From Peribolospora baueri (Eukaryota), in contig JAMDHS010000039.1 in NCBI GenBank assembly GCA_029717555.1, positions 62,001 through 126,000 on the forward strand: DNA of 64,000 nucleotides. Direction: 5' to 3'. Shown piece by piece: positions 11,349 to 26,075 of the stretch; within the stretch, counting starts at the first letter, position 1; each line of letters opens with the position of its first letter. Both the position numbers and the translations under genes were made by a program. Below the pieces are notes generated by a model. It saw only the letters and a list, made by a program, of their open reading frames with translations, was not told the DNA's origin and searched no databases.

Positions 11349-14300
11349 ATGGTCAGCGACCCATCGTCAGCTTGGCTTGACCGCACACAACTCTACACAA
11401 GTCCCGTCCATCGACAACCATCAAGGCCTCCGACTGACCACCGCTTTCAGGACGACGATATTGACGACGTAAAGCAAGACGGACAAGTACTCGAGAATGG
11501 CGGAATCGCGCAGGGCCCAGACGCCGACGACCCAAGCTCGTCAGAAGAGGCGTCAAGATTCTCAATGGTCCCCTTACACCGGGCGCTACAGACCCCCAGC
11601 AGAGAGAGCGGTGAGTGCCTGCAGACGTGGCATGCGAGGGAATGAGAACGAGTTTGGATTGACTCCGGATTGATGCTCCATTCCCTCCTCCATGTCGTGC
11701 TGCCTTGTGACGCCGCTCCAAAAGTCTCTCGTAGGTTTCTTCCGCGAGACAACTGCTTTGTTCCTCTCTGGAGGAAATCCGGACCTCGCACCGGGAGGTC
11801 CCTGCCCGGAGCCTTCAGAAGATGGAGAGAACGCCAACGGCCGGGCGGACGATGAAGTGAAGGCTGGCCCGACCCCGTCATCGTGGGAGGTGAGAACACC
11901 AAGTGCACAGACCCCAGCGCGGATAGAGACACCTCCGCAGACGTTGGCGAGGCGAGGCGATGAGGTGAGTGTTTACGTTGCTCTGAGTGCTTACCTCGGC
12001 CTATCACAGACAATCTCTTTGACATCTTTCCGTTCCGTATGGCGACAACCTCTCGTCCGCCGCCCCCGTCCTCTTTCAAGCTGTCACAATCCAAGCCGCG
12101 GAGCATCTTCTATCGCCGCCAACCCGCACCAAGCAGGACTCGGACAGTCGAGACTTCCACGCCATCTGAGCGGAGGAAGGCGACCACGCGTTCACAAAAC
12201 GCTGGGCCCGCTTCCTTTGGATCTCTCGGCAGCACTCCATCCCGCACCCACTGGGCCGATGAAGCGTTTCATCGCTCGCGCTCGTCCTCGCCTGCACCTC
12301 TTAACACATCTCAAGGCGATACAGGGAACAACTCCGGGTCGGGAGACGATGTCTGGGACCCTCGCGAGCCTCCTCAAGGCCAAACGCTTGAACCACGGAC
12401 GCCTCCGCATCGATCGGACCCGAACACGCCTTCTCCGTCCAGCGTCCAGGCAGAGGAAACCGTAGACTCCCGTCGTCAGCCCTTGACTCCAGCAGCAAAT
12501 ATTGGCGGTAAGGAGCAGTCAATGCAAGGGCCACAAAATCTCTCGCCGCCGAGTCAGAGACTCCGAGAGCTGGCGGCGCTGTTCGCGGATAGGAGCATCG
12601 ATGCGGGCGATATGAAGCGTATGGTGGAAGCCGTGGCGGATGGCTTGGACGAACAGAGGTCCTCATCACAGTTGGCAACGGCATCACCTCTTACGCCGAT
12701 GACGCCTTTAAACTCGGCCGAACCCATGTTGTTCCACCCCGGATCGGCGCCCAGGCCATCGACCAGGTCCCTGGCGCCCGCCACAACGAGGCGTCAGGTG
12801 AGTTTCCCCCATTCTGTAGGCTTTTTCCAAACTTGCAGAGTTAACGCTCACTTCGAATTGTTCATCTTTGCGGAAAGCAGTATGCTGGTACTCGGTCTTC
12901 ACAACGCCCAGCTCAAGGTCCGTTTGCTGCGCCTAGCACCGCTACGACGCCTCGTCGTCGTCGACCGTTATATTACAGCCCCGGCCTGTCGCCAAAAGCG
13001 TCTCCGCACACGAAGAAACAACCCCACTCTGTGACGCCATCTGAACGCGACACGGAGAGGAGGATGGGGGCCGACGAAGCGAGCCGGTCGAAACGGCAGA
13101 GGCTCGACGAACCCGACGCTGGTCTTACCGCTTCTCCCTCTTCTGCTGGCTCTCCCGCTGTTCCCGCCACTCCTCCGCGCACCGCTTCTGAGCCCGGGTC
13201 AAGCGTACCACAACCATCGACTCCAGCACAACCTGGTCCTTCCGCCCGACGGCGTGGCCCAGGCCTTAAGCGAGCATTGAGTTCGTTTAGCGTGGCGACA
13301 CCCGCTGTGCCGTCGCCTTTGAGGCAGTCGCACTTTTTCGGTGGGTTTCGACATACGCTGCTCGCCCTGAATTCATAAACTTTGTCGAGGACGCCGATAC
13401 GATACTGACAGAGCGTTCGGTCTCTTGCCTTGAGCAGATTCGCCTCCCACCCCTTCACCACCTAAGTCCATTTCGAGCGCTTCAACCGCCTCGCTTTCAA
13501 GGCCAAAACCTGTAGCCTCCTCGCAAGCTTCTCCAAGCCGAAGCAGTCGCGCAGCCGAAGCGATCCTGGAGATCCTCCGCGAGACGGATGCCGAGCAGCC
13601 GCCACTCAAAGCCTCTCCCCGTCGGGCCCCCTCGCCCGTAGCAAACCCTTACGAGTACATGCGCAACGCGGGACCCGGGGCAGCACAAGCTCGTCGCATG
13701 CGGCTGGCTGCTGACATGCGGGCCAGGGAGAAGGAGCGTAGGCTTGTGGCCAGACGCAGCCAATCGGCGCTGAGAGCGGTGGAAATGGCGGCGGAGCAAA
13801 TGGAGGCCGAGGAAAGGATGTTTGCGCCCAGCCCGCCTAGGAGCCCGCCTGCGAGGAGGTCGCCGAGAGTGGAAAACAAGAAGGAAGATGAGGAGCAGAA
13901 GGAGCGTCCCCAGGAGAAATCCGAGGCTCGGGAGGTGATCGAGATCGATGACGAGGAGGTGCGAAAACGGGCTGGGGAAGAGGCAGAGGGGGAAGAAGTG
14001 GTGGAGGTGGTGGAGGTGGACGATGATGAGGACGAATGGCAGGCAGAACAAATGGAGGAGGATGAAGAGGAGGATGAGATAGAAGAGGTGTACGACTCTG
14101 AAGTTGAAGCCGAGGCCGAGGCGGTTGGCGCCATTGCCTCCGGCGCCAGCGGATCAGCAGAGGCGCCCGTGGAGGTACCGGATGACGACAACGACGACAA
14201 AGGAGGTGAAGCCCCGCCTTCCCTCTTTTCTCTCCAACGTCCGCTTTCCCGGTCGTCGGCATCGGCGAATCGTGGCCCTACGTTCGCCAACTCTTCTGTG

Positions 14301-14702
14301 GCGACGTCAGCATTCGCCGCTCTAGCGCCAAAAACGCAATTCGGCCCGCCTTCATCTGCGGGTGCACCCAGCGTATCCACTCCGTTCACCTTCTCCGCCC
14401 CCTCGGCAACTACCCCTGCCCTTCTGGCACCGCAGGCCGGCCTTCCTTCCGCCTCTACGTTCACCGATCCGATCGGTTCTCGTCGTACTGCTTTCAACGG
14501 GTTTGCCTCGTCAGTTAATCCGGCAAGCTTAGCACCGATGGAGGAGGCTAAGTTGGTGCCTCCAGTGGGTCTGCTGAGTGTCGGCGAGGAACTGCTGGTC
14601 AGCTCGGCAGCAGTTAGCCAAGTCACCGCGGAGGGTGAGGACGTTCTGCCGTCTGGCGCTCGCCTCCACGTCGACAGGGCCCTTCTAGAGGCCATCAACT
14701 AG
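11349..14702 (+). CDS. Large, mostly disordered protein, possibly a nuclear-basket nucleoporin (Nup60/Nup1-like); exon structure approximate
   Basis: Long ORFs linked by GTGAGT introns (11611, 11964, 12798). S/P-rich with an acidic tract. Short helical segments (SGFFRETTALF; RLRELAALFADRS; SRAAEAILEIL...NPYE) and spaced Phe/FxF motifs near the C-terminus. The family call is an inference. Confidence 0.45.
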
Positions 14703-14949
14703 GTTGTATTGAAGAGCACAGGGTGGACGGTTGTGAACAGATGATGTGCTCGAATCGAACGGCAAAGGCCAACGACTGGAAAGAGAGTGATCTATGATCC
14801 ATTGGTAGTATGTCTAGAAATACAATGGATTGTCGAGACGAGAGAAGTCTACGCCAAAAATTAGAGATGACCCGAGTCTCGGTCTTCGTCCAGATGTTCG
14901 TTCCGTCCGACGTTGTCGCGGTTGAGGACGGTGACATGGGAGCTCTCGC

Positions 14950-17609
14950 TCATGCCGCCATCGGCGTCGATGCTGGTCCCATCTCTCCCCCGGCCACCAC
15001 CTCAACGGCATTCCCGACAAAACCATCACCTTGCGCATCTTCTCTCCCCTCCTGCTCCCTATTCCTTTCCTTCCTCTTATCCTTCTTCCTCCGCTTGGCC
15101 TCCGTCTGCGCCTCCGTCGCCTTAGCCTTTCTCTCGGCCTTCGTACGCGCCTTCATCTCCCTCCGCTCCCTTTCCCGTTCCCTCCGCGCTCGTTCCTTGC
15201 TCTCGTGCGCTTCACAGCCTAAACCCTCCTCCCCCGCCGCACCTTGAACTGATGTTTCGCGTCGCGCTTGGTCTGAATCCTCCCGCTCTTCGAGCGCGAG
15301 CCTTCCTACCTCCCGACAGCAGGCCTTGCAGAGCTCTCCGCGAGAGCAGTTGGCAGAAGCCATATTGGGGCAGGGCTTGTTAAGGCGAGGATGTCCGGCG
15401 CACGGGCGCGCCCGTGCGGAAGACCTGCCTCCGTCCGCGTCTTCTTCCACTTCAGCGTCGGAGAGCTGAGACGCCGTGCGCTTGAGCGTTCCGAGAGGGC
15501 GGCTGGTGTGCCCGTCCGTATGAAAGGACCCGGTCACTTCCTCGCCTTCTCTAACCACTACTGCCTCCCCACGCGCTTGGACATCGGCGGGATCGACCAT
15601 GTTTTCTTCCTTGCCGTCGGCGACGACGGCCTTTGGGACTTCTGCTCCTTGTGCGGAGCCACCGGATACGGGCAAGGGTCGGAAATAGGGCTGAGCGAGC
15701 CAGTGAGGAATCTTACCAGAGGTGGTCGGCTGCTGCTTGTCAACCTGTGTGGGTGCGCGCGATGGCACGATTGAAAGGGAAATTCCTTTATGTATAATTC
15801 TGACCAGCTCAGAAAGGCCCCTACACGGCACGTTGCCTTTAAGCCAAGGAAAACACTCACCTCCAGCCTCCTCTCGAACTCCTTCACGATCGCCCTCCAC
15901 GCCTTAACTCTCTCCTCCCCCTCCACATCCCCCCTCGACCCAGTACACCTGCCCAGCTCTTCCCTAAGATCCTTATGCTTGCCCAAGGCGGGGCGGAAGA
16001 TCTTGAATAGGTGCGCCTTAATGGCACTGCCGGGGGTACGCGTCTTTAAGGAGGCAACGATGTCGAGGTATTCGTTGGCTAAACAGCTGATGGAAGGGTG
16101 CGTGTTAGTGAAGATGGCCGGATTGTAGAGGTTACCCTGTCCATTTCAAGTGTGCGCACCAAACCAGGGTGCAAACGCAGGAGTGAGAATCCATACTATA
16201 TCAAGAGCTCTACTCCCCTGAAAGAGGTAGAACTCACCTCAGCGCTCATGACGCCGTCTACACCCGTCTCGTCCAAACACCGCTGCACGTCCTCGCCGAA
16301 TAGAATGTTTCCGTTGGCGAACACGGGTACCTTGACGGCCTTCTTCACCGCAGCAATTTTATTCCAGTCGGCGAGGCCCTACATAGACGAGGTTGAGCAA
16401 GAAGCTCGTGAATGAAGAGATGGCTCTCGCAAGAATGAGGCGAACATACAGAAGAAAGCGTGCCCGACATCACTCACCGTATTATGACCCTTCATCTCCC
16501 TCGTCCTGCCATGCACCGTCAAGATTTGCGCCCCAGCGCTCTCAATCATTTTGGCGTATTCCACCGTCTTCTCAACCGTATCGAAGCACCTGAACTTTGC
16601 AGTTACGGGAATGGAAAGATTTTTGTGAAGCGTGTTGACTGGCAATAAAAGGGGTGAGCGAAAGGATGGGTGGGACGTCCAGATGAGCAGACTGCGCAAA
16701 GAGAAATGTGAAAGGTCGTGGTGGCTCACTGAGCCTGTAGATCAGATCCCAATCCTCCTGGAGAAAGGCGCCATAGAAGCCTCGCTTGGCAATGTGTTGT
16801 GGACCTGAGCAATGAGGCGTGTCCAAGAGTTAGGTTTTCATCAACCGGTGGTTCTTAGGTTTCTTTTATAGTATGACGACGTTTTGTGTGGAGGGAGGAG
16901 TTCACTTACAGCCAAGGTTGAGGTCCACGGCATCGCAATGGGCTTCCACCACTTTAGCAGCGGTGAGGAGTTGGTCGGGGTCGTTGGCACAGAACTGTGT
17001 ATGATATGGACGGGAACGCATAAGATGAGTTGAGATTTCTGATGCACCAGACCTGATCTTTGCTGCCCAGATGCAGGGAAAACGCCAAGGCCAATCAATC
17101 GCTGGTTCTGTCCTCACTTGAACGATCAAAGGCCTATCCCCCTGGCCGCCTTCCTCCCCAGCCTCAACGTCAAAGTTTTCCCTCCTGTACTTTGGGTTGT
17201 TGTCTGCGAACAGCTTGGCATTGATCATTGGCGTGTAAACGAGGTCGGTGGCGTAGTGGCGGGAGAGGATGCGCCATGCCTGACGAGAGCGTTGCAGGAG
17301 TTCGAGTGAGACGTGAGCGGGAGATAGATGAGAAAATTGTCTTGGAATGAGAGGATTATGATGCATTTCGACGGTTCGCGCACTCACCAACTCGCTCTGA
17401 TCCACCATAGGCGCGACGATGCGCTTGGGACTGCCGATGGAGCGGTAAAAATCATAGCCTGCAAGTTTGCCCTTTCCACGGGCGACCCCCTGATCGCGTG
17501 CACTTCCACCGTCATCCTCCCTCAAGGGGGTTTCTGACCCGCTCAATCCCGGGTTGGAACCGGACGCCGAGGCGGAGGTTGGAGCGGACGGAGGGCATCC
17601 GGAAGCCAT
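14950..17609 (-). CDS. DUS1: tRNA-dihydrouridine(16/17) synthase
   Basis: [85 protein letters not shown], plus a C-terminal Cys cluster like that of DUS1L. Confidence 0.95.
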
Positions 17610-18035
17610 GCTGAACGTGCGAAGGGAGCCGAATGCTGGGAGACGAGCTCGTAGCTTGCAGTAAGGCAGCGGCACGAGAATGCGCAGTGCACTCCTGTGG
17701 ACACCAACGTGGTCCAGGGACCTGATGGAGAAAATCACTTTGCCTCGATGCAGGGTGTGAGAGGACGAGCAAAGGTGACGGTCAGCGAGAGTGAGAAGAC
17801 TGAAGGCCGGACGGAAGTTCGCTCGGATCGGGGAACGAACGTGAATGACTGCGGCTGATGGAAGGGTGACTCGGAGATAAGCGGCCCAGAGTGCCGTGCG
17901 GGGGATCACATGCTCGGCTGCGGTGGACTAGTGGATGGACGGGGTCAGGTCCAGCAGCTCGGCGTCCACCTTCCCCACTTCTAAGCCTCATCGTCCCTCA
18001 CCCTTCCTCTTTCCAGCTTTCCATATATCACATCT

Positions 18036-21000
18036 ATGAGACGAGCAAGCGCCAATCTAGCCCGCTCCTCCGCCGCGGCATCGCGCAACGTGCGCGGCGG
18101 CCCTGGCCCGCGAGCGACCCCAGCGAGCACCACCCGGGCGAGACTCGCGATGGGGCTTAACCACAGCATTTCCGACGGTAGTCCCGGAGGGTCACGCTCA
18201 ATGATGAGGTTGGAGACAGGCGAAGGCAGTGCAACCAGAGCATATCACCTTCAAAGCAGCTTTGCAACTCGTGAGTGTCGTACAGAAACCTTGTCGCGAT
18301 GTGACCCTTACTGGCAGCATGCGAGCCAGTTGAGAAGAGGAAATCAATGGCCAAGCTATGCAGGCTCACTTCCACCTCTTTCACTGCTACGTCATTCTCC
18401 GTGTGTGTACGTTGGGCAATAGAAGCGGCTTTCGTCGACCAGGCCACTGCGTTGTCTCGAAAGCCCCTTCCGAACAAGATCCTTATTGCTAACCGGTGAG
18501 CGAGCGCTCTCTAGAGGTTTCCCGAATGGTACCGTCATGTTCTCTCCCATCTCAAACGTGAAGCAAGGGGAAGCTGAATATGTGTGCTTTCTTGCGTGTC
18601 TTCTTCTGCAATGCACCGACGGAAGAGGCGAGATCGCTTGCAGGGTTATCCGCACTGCTCGTCAGCTCGGCATCAAGGTCGTCGCCGTCTTCTCTGAAGC
18701 CGACGCAGATTCGATGCATGTCAAGCTTGTGAGCTTAGGTCCGCTTGCCCAAGACTTCGATTTACTGATCTAACTCTCAAAATTGGCTTGACCGTGCTTT
18801 TCTTTTTCGGCTCGTCTCGCATCGCCCATCCACCAAGGCCGACGAAGCCTACCTCCTAGGCCCACCACCCTCCACCTCGTCCTACCTCTGCGCAGACAAG
18901 ATCATCGACATCTGTCATCGCTCCGGTGCAGAGATGGTTCACCCGGGGTATGGCTTCCTGTCCGAGAACGCGGATTTCGCGGAAAAGCTTGAGCAGGCGG
19001 GAATCGTGTTCATCGGGCCGCCTGCAGGGGCTATTAGGGCTATGGGGAGTAAGAGGTGGGTACAATGGGGTGTGGAAGGGAAATGTTAAGGAAGCTCGTA
19101 GATTGACAGGCGGAAGAGACAGCACATCTGGCGTTTTTCACGGTGCGTTACTGATGTATCTTCCACTTTCGTCACAGCGAATCCAAGGAGATCATGACTA
19201 GTGAGACCCTTCTCCCCTTCTCTATCCCACCGGCCGTTTTCTATCCACCATGGTACTTCCCTATGCTAACTTTGTCTTTTCTCCTTTCCAATGGCGCTAA
19301 TGATCACGATTACAGAGGCCGGCGTTCCCTGCGTCCCGGGCTACCATGGTTCGAACCAGGACCCATCTTTTCTCCAGGCTGAGGCCGGCAACATCGGATA
19401 CCCCGTGCTTATCAAGGCTATCAAGGGCGGAGGCGGAAAAGGTGCTTACAGCTTTCCAGTCTTTTCGTCCATGAGGAAACATTTTAGAGCTTGTCCGTCT
19501 CCTCTTCCCTCCTTCTATTCTCCTCGCAGGCATGCGCATAGCAACTTCCTCAGAATCCTTCCCCGAAGCGCTCGAGTCCGCCCGCCGCGAGGCTCAAAAG
19601 GCTTTCGGTGATGATGCCGTTCTCGTAGAGAAGTATCTCGAAACGCCCCGACATGTCGAGGTGCAGGTTTTCGCCGATCAGATGGGCGAGGCAGTATACG
19701 TTTGGGAGAGGGATTGTAGCGTGCAGAGAAGACATCAGAAGATTATTGTGAGTATACCGGAGCGGGTGGCATTTTGGTATATTTGGCGTGACTCTTCTAC
19801 TTGTTCAGACGGTTTCTTTGGGAAATCCATCCAAACGGGTCTCTCATTTCCTAACGTACCCTCGTCTGCCCTCTGACTTGATCATCCGCAGGAGGAAGCC
19901 CCAGCCCCAGGCCTCTCAGACGAGCTCCGCCGCGAGCTGGGAGAGAAAGCTGTCGCAGCGGCAAAGGCGGTTGGCTACGTCGGTGCCGGAACCGTCGAGT
20001 TCATTTTGGACGCCGAGACACACGATTTCTTCTTTATGGAAATGAACGTGAGTCTATCCATTGTGACTGTCACCCTCTCGTTGGCAGCCGCCTTCAGTTT
20101 GTCAGTGCTTCCCGGCTGTCTTGCTGACTTCATGAGTGAATATCTTTGAACGTCTCGGCATCTTCATAGACTAGGTTACAAGTCGAGCACCCTGGTGAGT
20201 TTTGTTTCCTACCAGAGAATTCGCACAGCAGAAACAACATGCTAATATACCCAATCTATGCCCCTAATGCTCACCTTCGCACGCCTTATCTATAAGTGAC
20301 CGAAATGATCTCGGGACTGGACCTCGTCCAATGGCAGCTTGAAGTGGCCTCTGGAAATCCTCTCCCTCTCCGACAGGAGCAGATTAAACGCGACGGTCAT
20401 GCTTTCGAGGCGAGGATCTACGCTGAGTCTCCGAGAAAGTGAGTCTATGTGATTGTTTTGTCGATCCTCCGGTATTTTCAATAATACTTTAACGCGGGTT
20501 TCGGCTGTCACGGCTAATGGGGACCATGGCACACCAACCTTTCTATACCTCCCTGACATATTGATTGTTCTTTCAGCAATTTCCTGCCGGATGTAGGCAG
20601 ACTGGACCACGTCCGCTTGCCCGTGCTCTCAGATAACGTCCGCGTCGATACCGGCTTCGGAAGCGGGGACGAAATCAAGGTGCACTATGATCCTATGATA
20701 GCGAAGGTGCGCCTTTTCTTCTAGTCGTCCTCCCCTACCTTCCCACCTCATCCTTCCTGACAGATTGCTCATCTGCGTGGTTTCTGGCGGGTGTAGCTCA
20801 TTGTCAAAGGAGCAGACCGCACGGAGGCTCTGCGAGTGCTGAGGAAAGCTCTCGGAGAATATGAAGTCACTGGTCCGAACACTAACATCGAGTTCTTGCG
20901 AAGCCTCGCCGGACATCCTGCTTTCGTTTCCGGAAAGGTTGAAACGGGATTCATCCCGGTACGTATGTTCAGCTCCATTTTCGTGACTTGCTGGTACGAG

Positions 21001-22113
21001 ACTGGTGCTGACGATTTGTGCCTGCGCTTGCTTACAGAAATATCACGCCGAGCTTTTGCCGCCATCACCCAAACCGTCTCCGGAGGTTCTTGCTCAGGCC
21101 GCCCTCTTCATCGCCCTGAGAGACATGCCTCAAGCGACCGCGACTCCGGGCGGTCCGGTCTCGCCCTGGCTTTCGCTCCCTTCCCTCCGCCTGCATGGCG
21201 ACTCGGCGACACGTGAAGTTGTCTTCCTAGGCGAATCAGCCGACCCTTTGTCTCCCACTGACCCGGCAACCGTGGCCACGGCGGTGGAAGAAGGGCAGCC
21301 CAAAACTGTGGTCCGACTGGATGCTGATCCCTCCGGTTCGGGCACATATGACATTGACGTCTTCCTCCCCTCTGGAAAGCGGACCACGTTCACGTCCGTC
21401 TCCGCTACTCGCCCGGACGACACCACTGTCGAATCCCTTCTAGCCGACCGCCGCCTCGTCACCTCGGTCCTCTCCAAGCTCACTTCCGTAGAGAGCGCCG
21501 CCAAGGGCGCAGCGGAGACGATCGTCGTGTTCTCCGATGGCGTGCAGCACGCGCTCAGGGTGGAGACGCCTAAGTGGCTGCTCGAGCTCAAGGGTGCGAA
21601 GAAGAGGGAGGAAGGGAGCGTCGTTAGCCCCATGCCATCCAAGGTGCGTTTTTGTTCTGCTTACGCGACAGCTCACCCTCGGTGTTGCTTTGCGCGCAAG
21701 AATAGCGCTCGTGCAAGGAGACCGTTTGCCGGCGCTCGGTGTGCTGATGCAAGTGGATGCTCCGCGCGGCCTGCCATCGGCTTCTCACAGGTAGTGGAAG
21801 TCAAGGTCAAGGAAGGCGACAAGGTGGAACAAGATCAAGCGTTGATCGTCCTCGAAGCTATGAAGGTGCGTAGACGAGAAATTTTCAGCTCGTATTAACC
21901 CGAGTCTTGACGGTCCGCAGCTAGCTGATCGGTTTTTGTCCATGTCGGTTCCCTCTCGATCGGCTCCACACCTCACAGACGGAAACCATCCTGCGGGCGC
22001 CAAAGGCGGGCAAGGTGGCACAGTTGCTGTGCAAGGCGGGCGACCTCGTCGGCGAAGGCAAAGAACTCGTGTTGTTTGAAAAGGAGACTCCGAGCGATGG
22101 TGAGAAGGCTTGA
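18036..22113 (+). CDS. MCC1: 3-methylcrotonyl-CoA carboxylase biotin-containing (alpha) subunit, mitochondrial
   Basis: [80 protein letters not shown] and the LEAMK biotinylation motif. Arg-rich N-terminal presequence. Confidence 0.9.
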
Positions 22114-22315
22114 GAACGAAAGCATATACCCCATGGATGGGTTACGAAGTGTGATGCATTGCGTGCGTCACATTTAACTTTTAGAGACGGACGTATGTTA
22201 CGTTGGAGCCATCTAGAACCCTTGCAAAAGAATGGGATAGAAATTTTATGCAGAGCACATGAGCAAAACCATCTATTGCAAATCCTCTACTCGAATTATG
22301 TGCGGTCCTCTATCT

Positions 22316-25300
22316 CTACTCGAAGGCGAAGCGGCTGCGCCGGCGAATGCGTTGGCCGTACCTGAAGAGGCGAAAGAAGGGAAGCGTGGATGATGCGGTC
22401 AACAGTCGCGTGCGACTTAGGTCGGGTCGTAGAGGTGCACACATGCACTTGGATTTAGGGAGGAACACCCACTTGTAGAACAGAATTGGTACCGGCGCCA
22501 TGAGAAGGGCTAGGAAGCCGAGAAGAGACGCTACGTGCGCAAAGGCAACGCCAAGAGGACGGAGATGTCAGTCAGTTCGGTCGCAAACAAGCTGAAAGAC
22601 GTGTATAGCACGCGTCACGTCAAATGCACGGACAACGGTAAACGCACAAGCCCAGTGGATGCCGAGACGAGAGTACATCTGTTGTGTAGCACAAAGTGAT
22701 GGAAAAGGTTGGTCAGTCCAGAGACGATGTTCCGCTCTCAATCTTTGACGGCAAAGTTGCGTTGAGATTAAAAGGTCGGACTCTCTTACCTGTCTCGCAA
22801 AGAGAGGGAAAGCAGCGCCAAGGGAACTGTCGAGATAGGGGACGATTGACGGTTGACATTTCAGTGTACTCTCATCGCAAAACCAAGAAGGAACGGTGCC
22901 GGCCAGCCAGAGGAGCTCACCTTCTGGCCATTGTATTTGCGGCTAATGCTGATGCCGCGTAGATGCGATACACGTCTGAACGAGGATGAGGAGCAGCGAG
23001 TGAGTGTCTAAGACAAGTAAACTGACATATCGACATCCAACCTTCGGCGAGCGAAGGACCCACCGGCCAGGTAAGTAAGAAAACCGGAGAAGACGAAAAG
23101 GATGCCGAAGCTGTAGGCGAGCAAGGAAGAAAGGTAGCAAGGAATACGTCAGACGCATCCATTGCCGCAACTTGACCTACGCCGTGCCGGTCGAGAAGGA
23201 GGCCTTGCCGGAGACTCGCGCAGGTTTGAGATCGCTCGCAACCCGAGTCCTGAGCTCACCCAATTGGGATGCCAGCCAACATGGGACAAATCCAGTGAAT
23301 GCTCGGCCAGGCCGTCCATCCAATCCAGAAGTATCCGATAACTAAGGTAGGCCCGGCCAGGAATGTGGGTAGCAGCCGCGCCTCTGCGACGGGTCCGCCA
23401 TTCTCCTTCCATTGACGTAGATAGAGGCGGTCGAACGTGGGGTTGAGGAGAACGGCGAGGACGGCGCCTATGCCGATTGGCACGAAGGCTGCCGGCGTGC
23501 GAAAGGCCAGATAGAGGCGTGATGGGTTGAGCACACGTTCATGAACGACGATATGCCAATTTTCGCTTCCTACCTAGTCCAGATTCGCCCGCGTTGAAGT
23601 GGTACACTCCTTCGAAGATGATCGCTACAAAGAGGGAGAATATGAGAGGGACGTTTGAGTTACGAACGCAAGCAGCTGCGATAAGCGACAACGTGAACAG
23701 AAGATTCCTGCTTACGGAAAGACTCAAATTGAAGATAGAGAATGCCGTCTTGATGAAGGAAATCGAGAGACGCGGAGAGGGGGTCAGCTATGAGCGGTTA
23801 TCAGCCGTAACACCTCATCTGACTGCAAATGTGTCTTGGCAAAACTTACAGACAAAAGCGACATAGATAGAGACGAGGGCGACTATAGGCTCGGTGAACA
23901 ACATGAAGAACGGACGAGTAAGAGCGACTGAGAATACGGCCTTGATGGTCATGTCCTGTCGTTCCAACGGCGCGTATAGAGCTTCGTTGCCCGTCTCCCT
24001 GCGAACCCGACGGGCCTTCTTCACCACTGAGGTGAGAGAGGGAATGAACCCGGGTGAAAGGACAGGTCGGAGCAAGTTCAAAGGAGTAATAAATGGACGA
24101 GCAAATCGGGCATCTCAAAGGAAGACGACGAGGGAGAGGTAGTGCACTCACGAAGCACGGGGCCGTACGTTTCCTTGAGCGTCAACGCGGTGATAGCGGT
24201 GAAGACGCCGGAGAAAATGAGGAGCACTGCACCGAACGAGAGTACGGAGGCAGGAAGACAGAGGTGAGGTCAAGAAATAACGAAAGGAAGGAGCTTGGGA
24301 ACCAAAAAGGGATCTGTCCCTCAAGACACATCTGAACAGGAGCCGGAGACTCACCCCAGAAGACCCATCGCCAAGTGACGTTCATGCCTATGAAGCCTCC
24401 AATCATCTGTCACGTCGTATGAGAGCCGAAAATACGTCAATACGGAAGACATCAGCACTTGGTTAAGCGATAACTCCGCCAGGTTTCGACGCGAGGCCAC
24501 ACCGAGCTCAGTGCGATGAACACGGAGACGAAAGGACGGAAGACCTCACCGGCGCGAGCACAGGCCCGAGATAAGGCGCGAGACAGAAGATGGACATGGG
24601 CAGGCTGCGCTCCTGTGGGGCGAAAAGGTCTGAGATGACGCCTCCGGCTGTTTGGAGGCGGTCAAGAGTTCATCGTGGAGACGAAAAGAGAGAGAAGTGC
24701 AGTGAGGGCCTGGAGGAGTCAGCGTTCTTCGTTCTCCTCCTTCGAACACCTTGTCTGGCGAGCTCCAATTTAGCGGGAAGACAGGAAGAGGAAAAAAATC
24801 GTGTGAATTGAGCCAAGACTGACCGTTCGTCAAAGGCGCAGCGGCGAACGTGCCGCCAAAGAACCTGCAAACGAGGATGGTGGCCGTGTTCTTCGCGAGG
24901 GCGCATCCAATGTTGAAGAGGGTGTAGCAGAAGAAAGAGATGACGAAGAGGGGTCTGCGGCCGTACAGCTCCGAGAGGGGGGCCCAGAAGATTGGGCCCA
25001 CAATGTAGCTAAAACAGGCAGCAAAGAATGGTCGATAGAGCACGAATGAAGTCGGGGATTAGCGCAACGTCCTCGGAGAGGGGGGGATGAAGGACAGAGT
25101 GCCTCACCCAGCGACGAAGAGAGAAATGATGAGTGTCGCGACTTCTTCGGAGAGGCCGAGATCCCCCTGGATGGCTACGATGGCTCCGGAGGGGATGGAG
25201 GAGGCGAAAGTACTGGTAAGGAAGACGAATGCCGAGGTAAAGATGCGCAGGTGCGTTCACGAATCAATCAGCACTGGGCGTTTCAACTTCAACATACTTC

Positions 25301-26075
25301 AAAGGCAGTCGAGCGGGCGAAATATCGACACAAAAAAGGCAAGCAGCCCAGTCTCCAAAGCGACACCTGAAGTGCCCCCCTCCTCGAACTGTCTTCTCGA
25401 GATGGGCCATCTCGCAAAGCGCAGACGCACCTGTGTCCCCGAGAAACAAGGATAGGACATTGAATCTGCGCGCCAGTGCAGCGGATAGGAACCGCGATCC
25501 CCCCGGTCCCCGCCCTCCCTTCCTCTCTCCTTCCCTAGCCCCCTCCCCGTCACACAACGCCAGAACGTTCGGGAACACGACCCGCTTTCCTCGCGCCCGG
25601 TCGCCGAGAGCTAACAAGGAAAATGCACTCACGCATTAAGGACCAACATGCTGGTAAGAAAGACGTGGTAGTACTTGGACGCGCTGCTCCACTCGTAAGG
25701 GTTCTCCTTCTCCCCTTCATCCCACTCGACCAAATTCGGATCGGACTCGTCCTTCTTTCTTTGCGCAATGTCCTGCTCGGGAGGCGGAGGGTTGTCGCCG
25801 TGCGGGAGGCGCTCTTGGCCCTTTTCCAAGTCATCGGGAAGGGGGAGAGCGGTGGTGTGGGAGGCGGTGGAGGAGGGGGGCCCGACGGTGGACGACGTTG
25901 AGGGGGATATTGCCGTCTTCCCGCCACTCGGTGACGGCGTCGGCGTCGGCTTCCTTGGCCTGTCATCGACGGCGGAGGAAGGAGAACGGGGTGAGGGTGG
26001 GCGGGAAGAAGAGTATGCGGTCGGCGTCGGCGGCGAGGCCTTGACCCCGGCGTCATGGTCATGGTCGTTCACCAT
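22316..26075 (-). CDS. MFS multidrug/polyamine transporter, DHA1 family
   Basis: VEWDEGEKENPYEWS, SLFVAG, WAPLSELYGRRP, RFFGGTFAAAPLTN, WRWVFW, ETYGP, RPFFMLFTEPIV, AEARL, YAASALAANT and YGQRIRRRSRFA*. Confidence 0.92.
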
